From: Verrucomicrobiota bacterium | GTDB taxonomy: Bacteria; Verrucomicrobiota; Verrucomicrobiia; Limisphaerales; CANJSG01 | DNA: 24,602 nt | Reading direction: 5' to 3' | Assembly: GCA_038209745.1 (NCBI GenBank) | Contig: JBBQXJ010000072.1 | Span: 1-24,602 of the forward strand | Part shown: positions 24,358-24,602 of the stretch, piece by piece | Layout: every line of letters starts with the position of its first letter | Position numbering within the stretch: position 1 is the first letter of the stretch | Translations under genes and position numbers: made by a program | Notes under the pieces: generated by a model | Told to the model about the DNA's origin: nothing | The model's database searches: none | The model's input: only the letters and a program-made list of their open reading frames with translations

Positions 24358-24476
24358 AACTAACTCCGGCCTAGTCGGGGACCGGCGTTGCCCAGAGATC
24401 GGTGGGCGGTGGACCGTGAGATCGCCCCATCAATTCGCAGTTTCTGTCCCCTTGCTGGACTCGACTCGCGATTCTC

Positions 24477-24507
24477 AAAAAGGCGTGGCCCCCCGGCCAC
24501 GCCTTTT
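24477..24507. terminator. Bidirectional intrinsic terminator
   Basis: AAAAA-GGCGTGGCC-CCCC-GGCCACGCC-TTTT. Confidence 0.85.
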
Positions 24508-24602
24508 AGTGTCAGTCTTCCGGGGAACCAGACTCCAGCCGGGATGGGTCGGCGGGCTGGATTAGAGCGGCAGATGTTCTTGGACCGATTCCGGGTCCGT
24601 TC

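Noticed and set aside
24508..24602. Possible 3' end of a minus-strand gene entering from the right edge (e.g. ...TDPESVQEHLPL*, stop near 24562)
   Set aside because: It is consistent with the bidirectional terminator but too short to fix the frame or identity.

Overview
GC-rich bacterial chromosomal window, most likely from a PVC-superphylum organism (Verrucomicrobia-like). This is inferred from three lineage-typical families: a TIGR02999-type ECF sigma/Ser-Thr kinase pair, a PVC-type CxxCH haem-binding dehydrogenase-like protein and an H-X9-DG prepilin-like protein. From left to right it holds: the 5' part of a Ser/Thr kinase, an antisense zinc-ribbon gene, an ECF sigma factor, a ferritin-like di-iron + TIM-barrel operon, a 1698-aa ThuA/beta-propeller/HEAT/cytochrome c/ThuA protein, an MDR oxidoreductase, an orphan ABC ATPase and an ABC ATPase-permease-TPR operon. 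Next is a ~1 kb scar (3' remnant of a HAF-repeat gene plus a truncated prepilin gene whose leader is mostly a REP doublet), then AraC, rluD, rpsT, rpoD, a sugar-nucleotide epimerase, an intact prepilin-like gene and tRNA-Glu(UUC). The window ends in an AT-richer, decaying segment with a CIA30-like remnant and two small membrane-protein genes. No CRISPR array, integrase or transposase was seen. The most interesting observations are the REP doublet sitting in-frame in a cleavable prepilin leader, the uncharacterised di-iron/TIM-barrel pair, the zinc-ribbon gene splitting the ECF-kinase module, and a recurrent 16-bp spacer in candidate sigma70 promoters. All assignments come from motif recognition by eye; no database searches were run.
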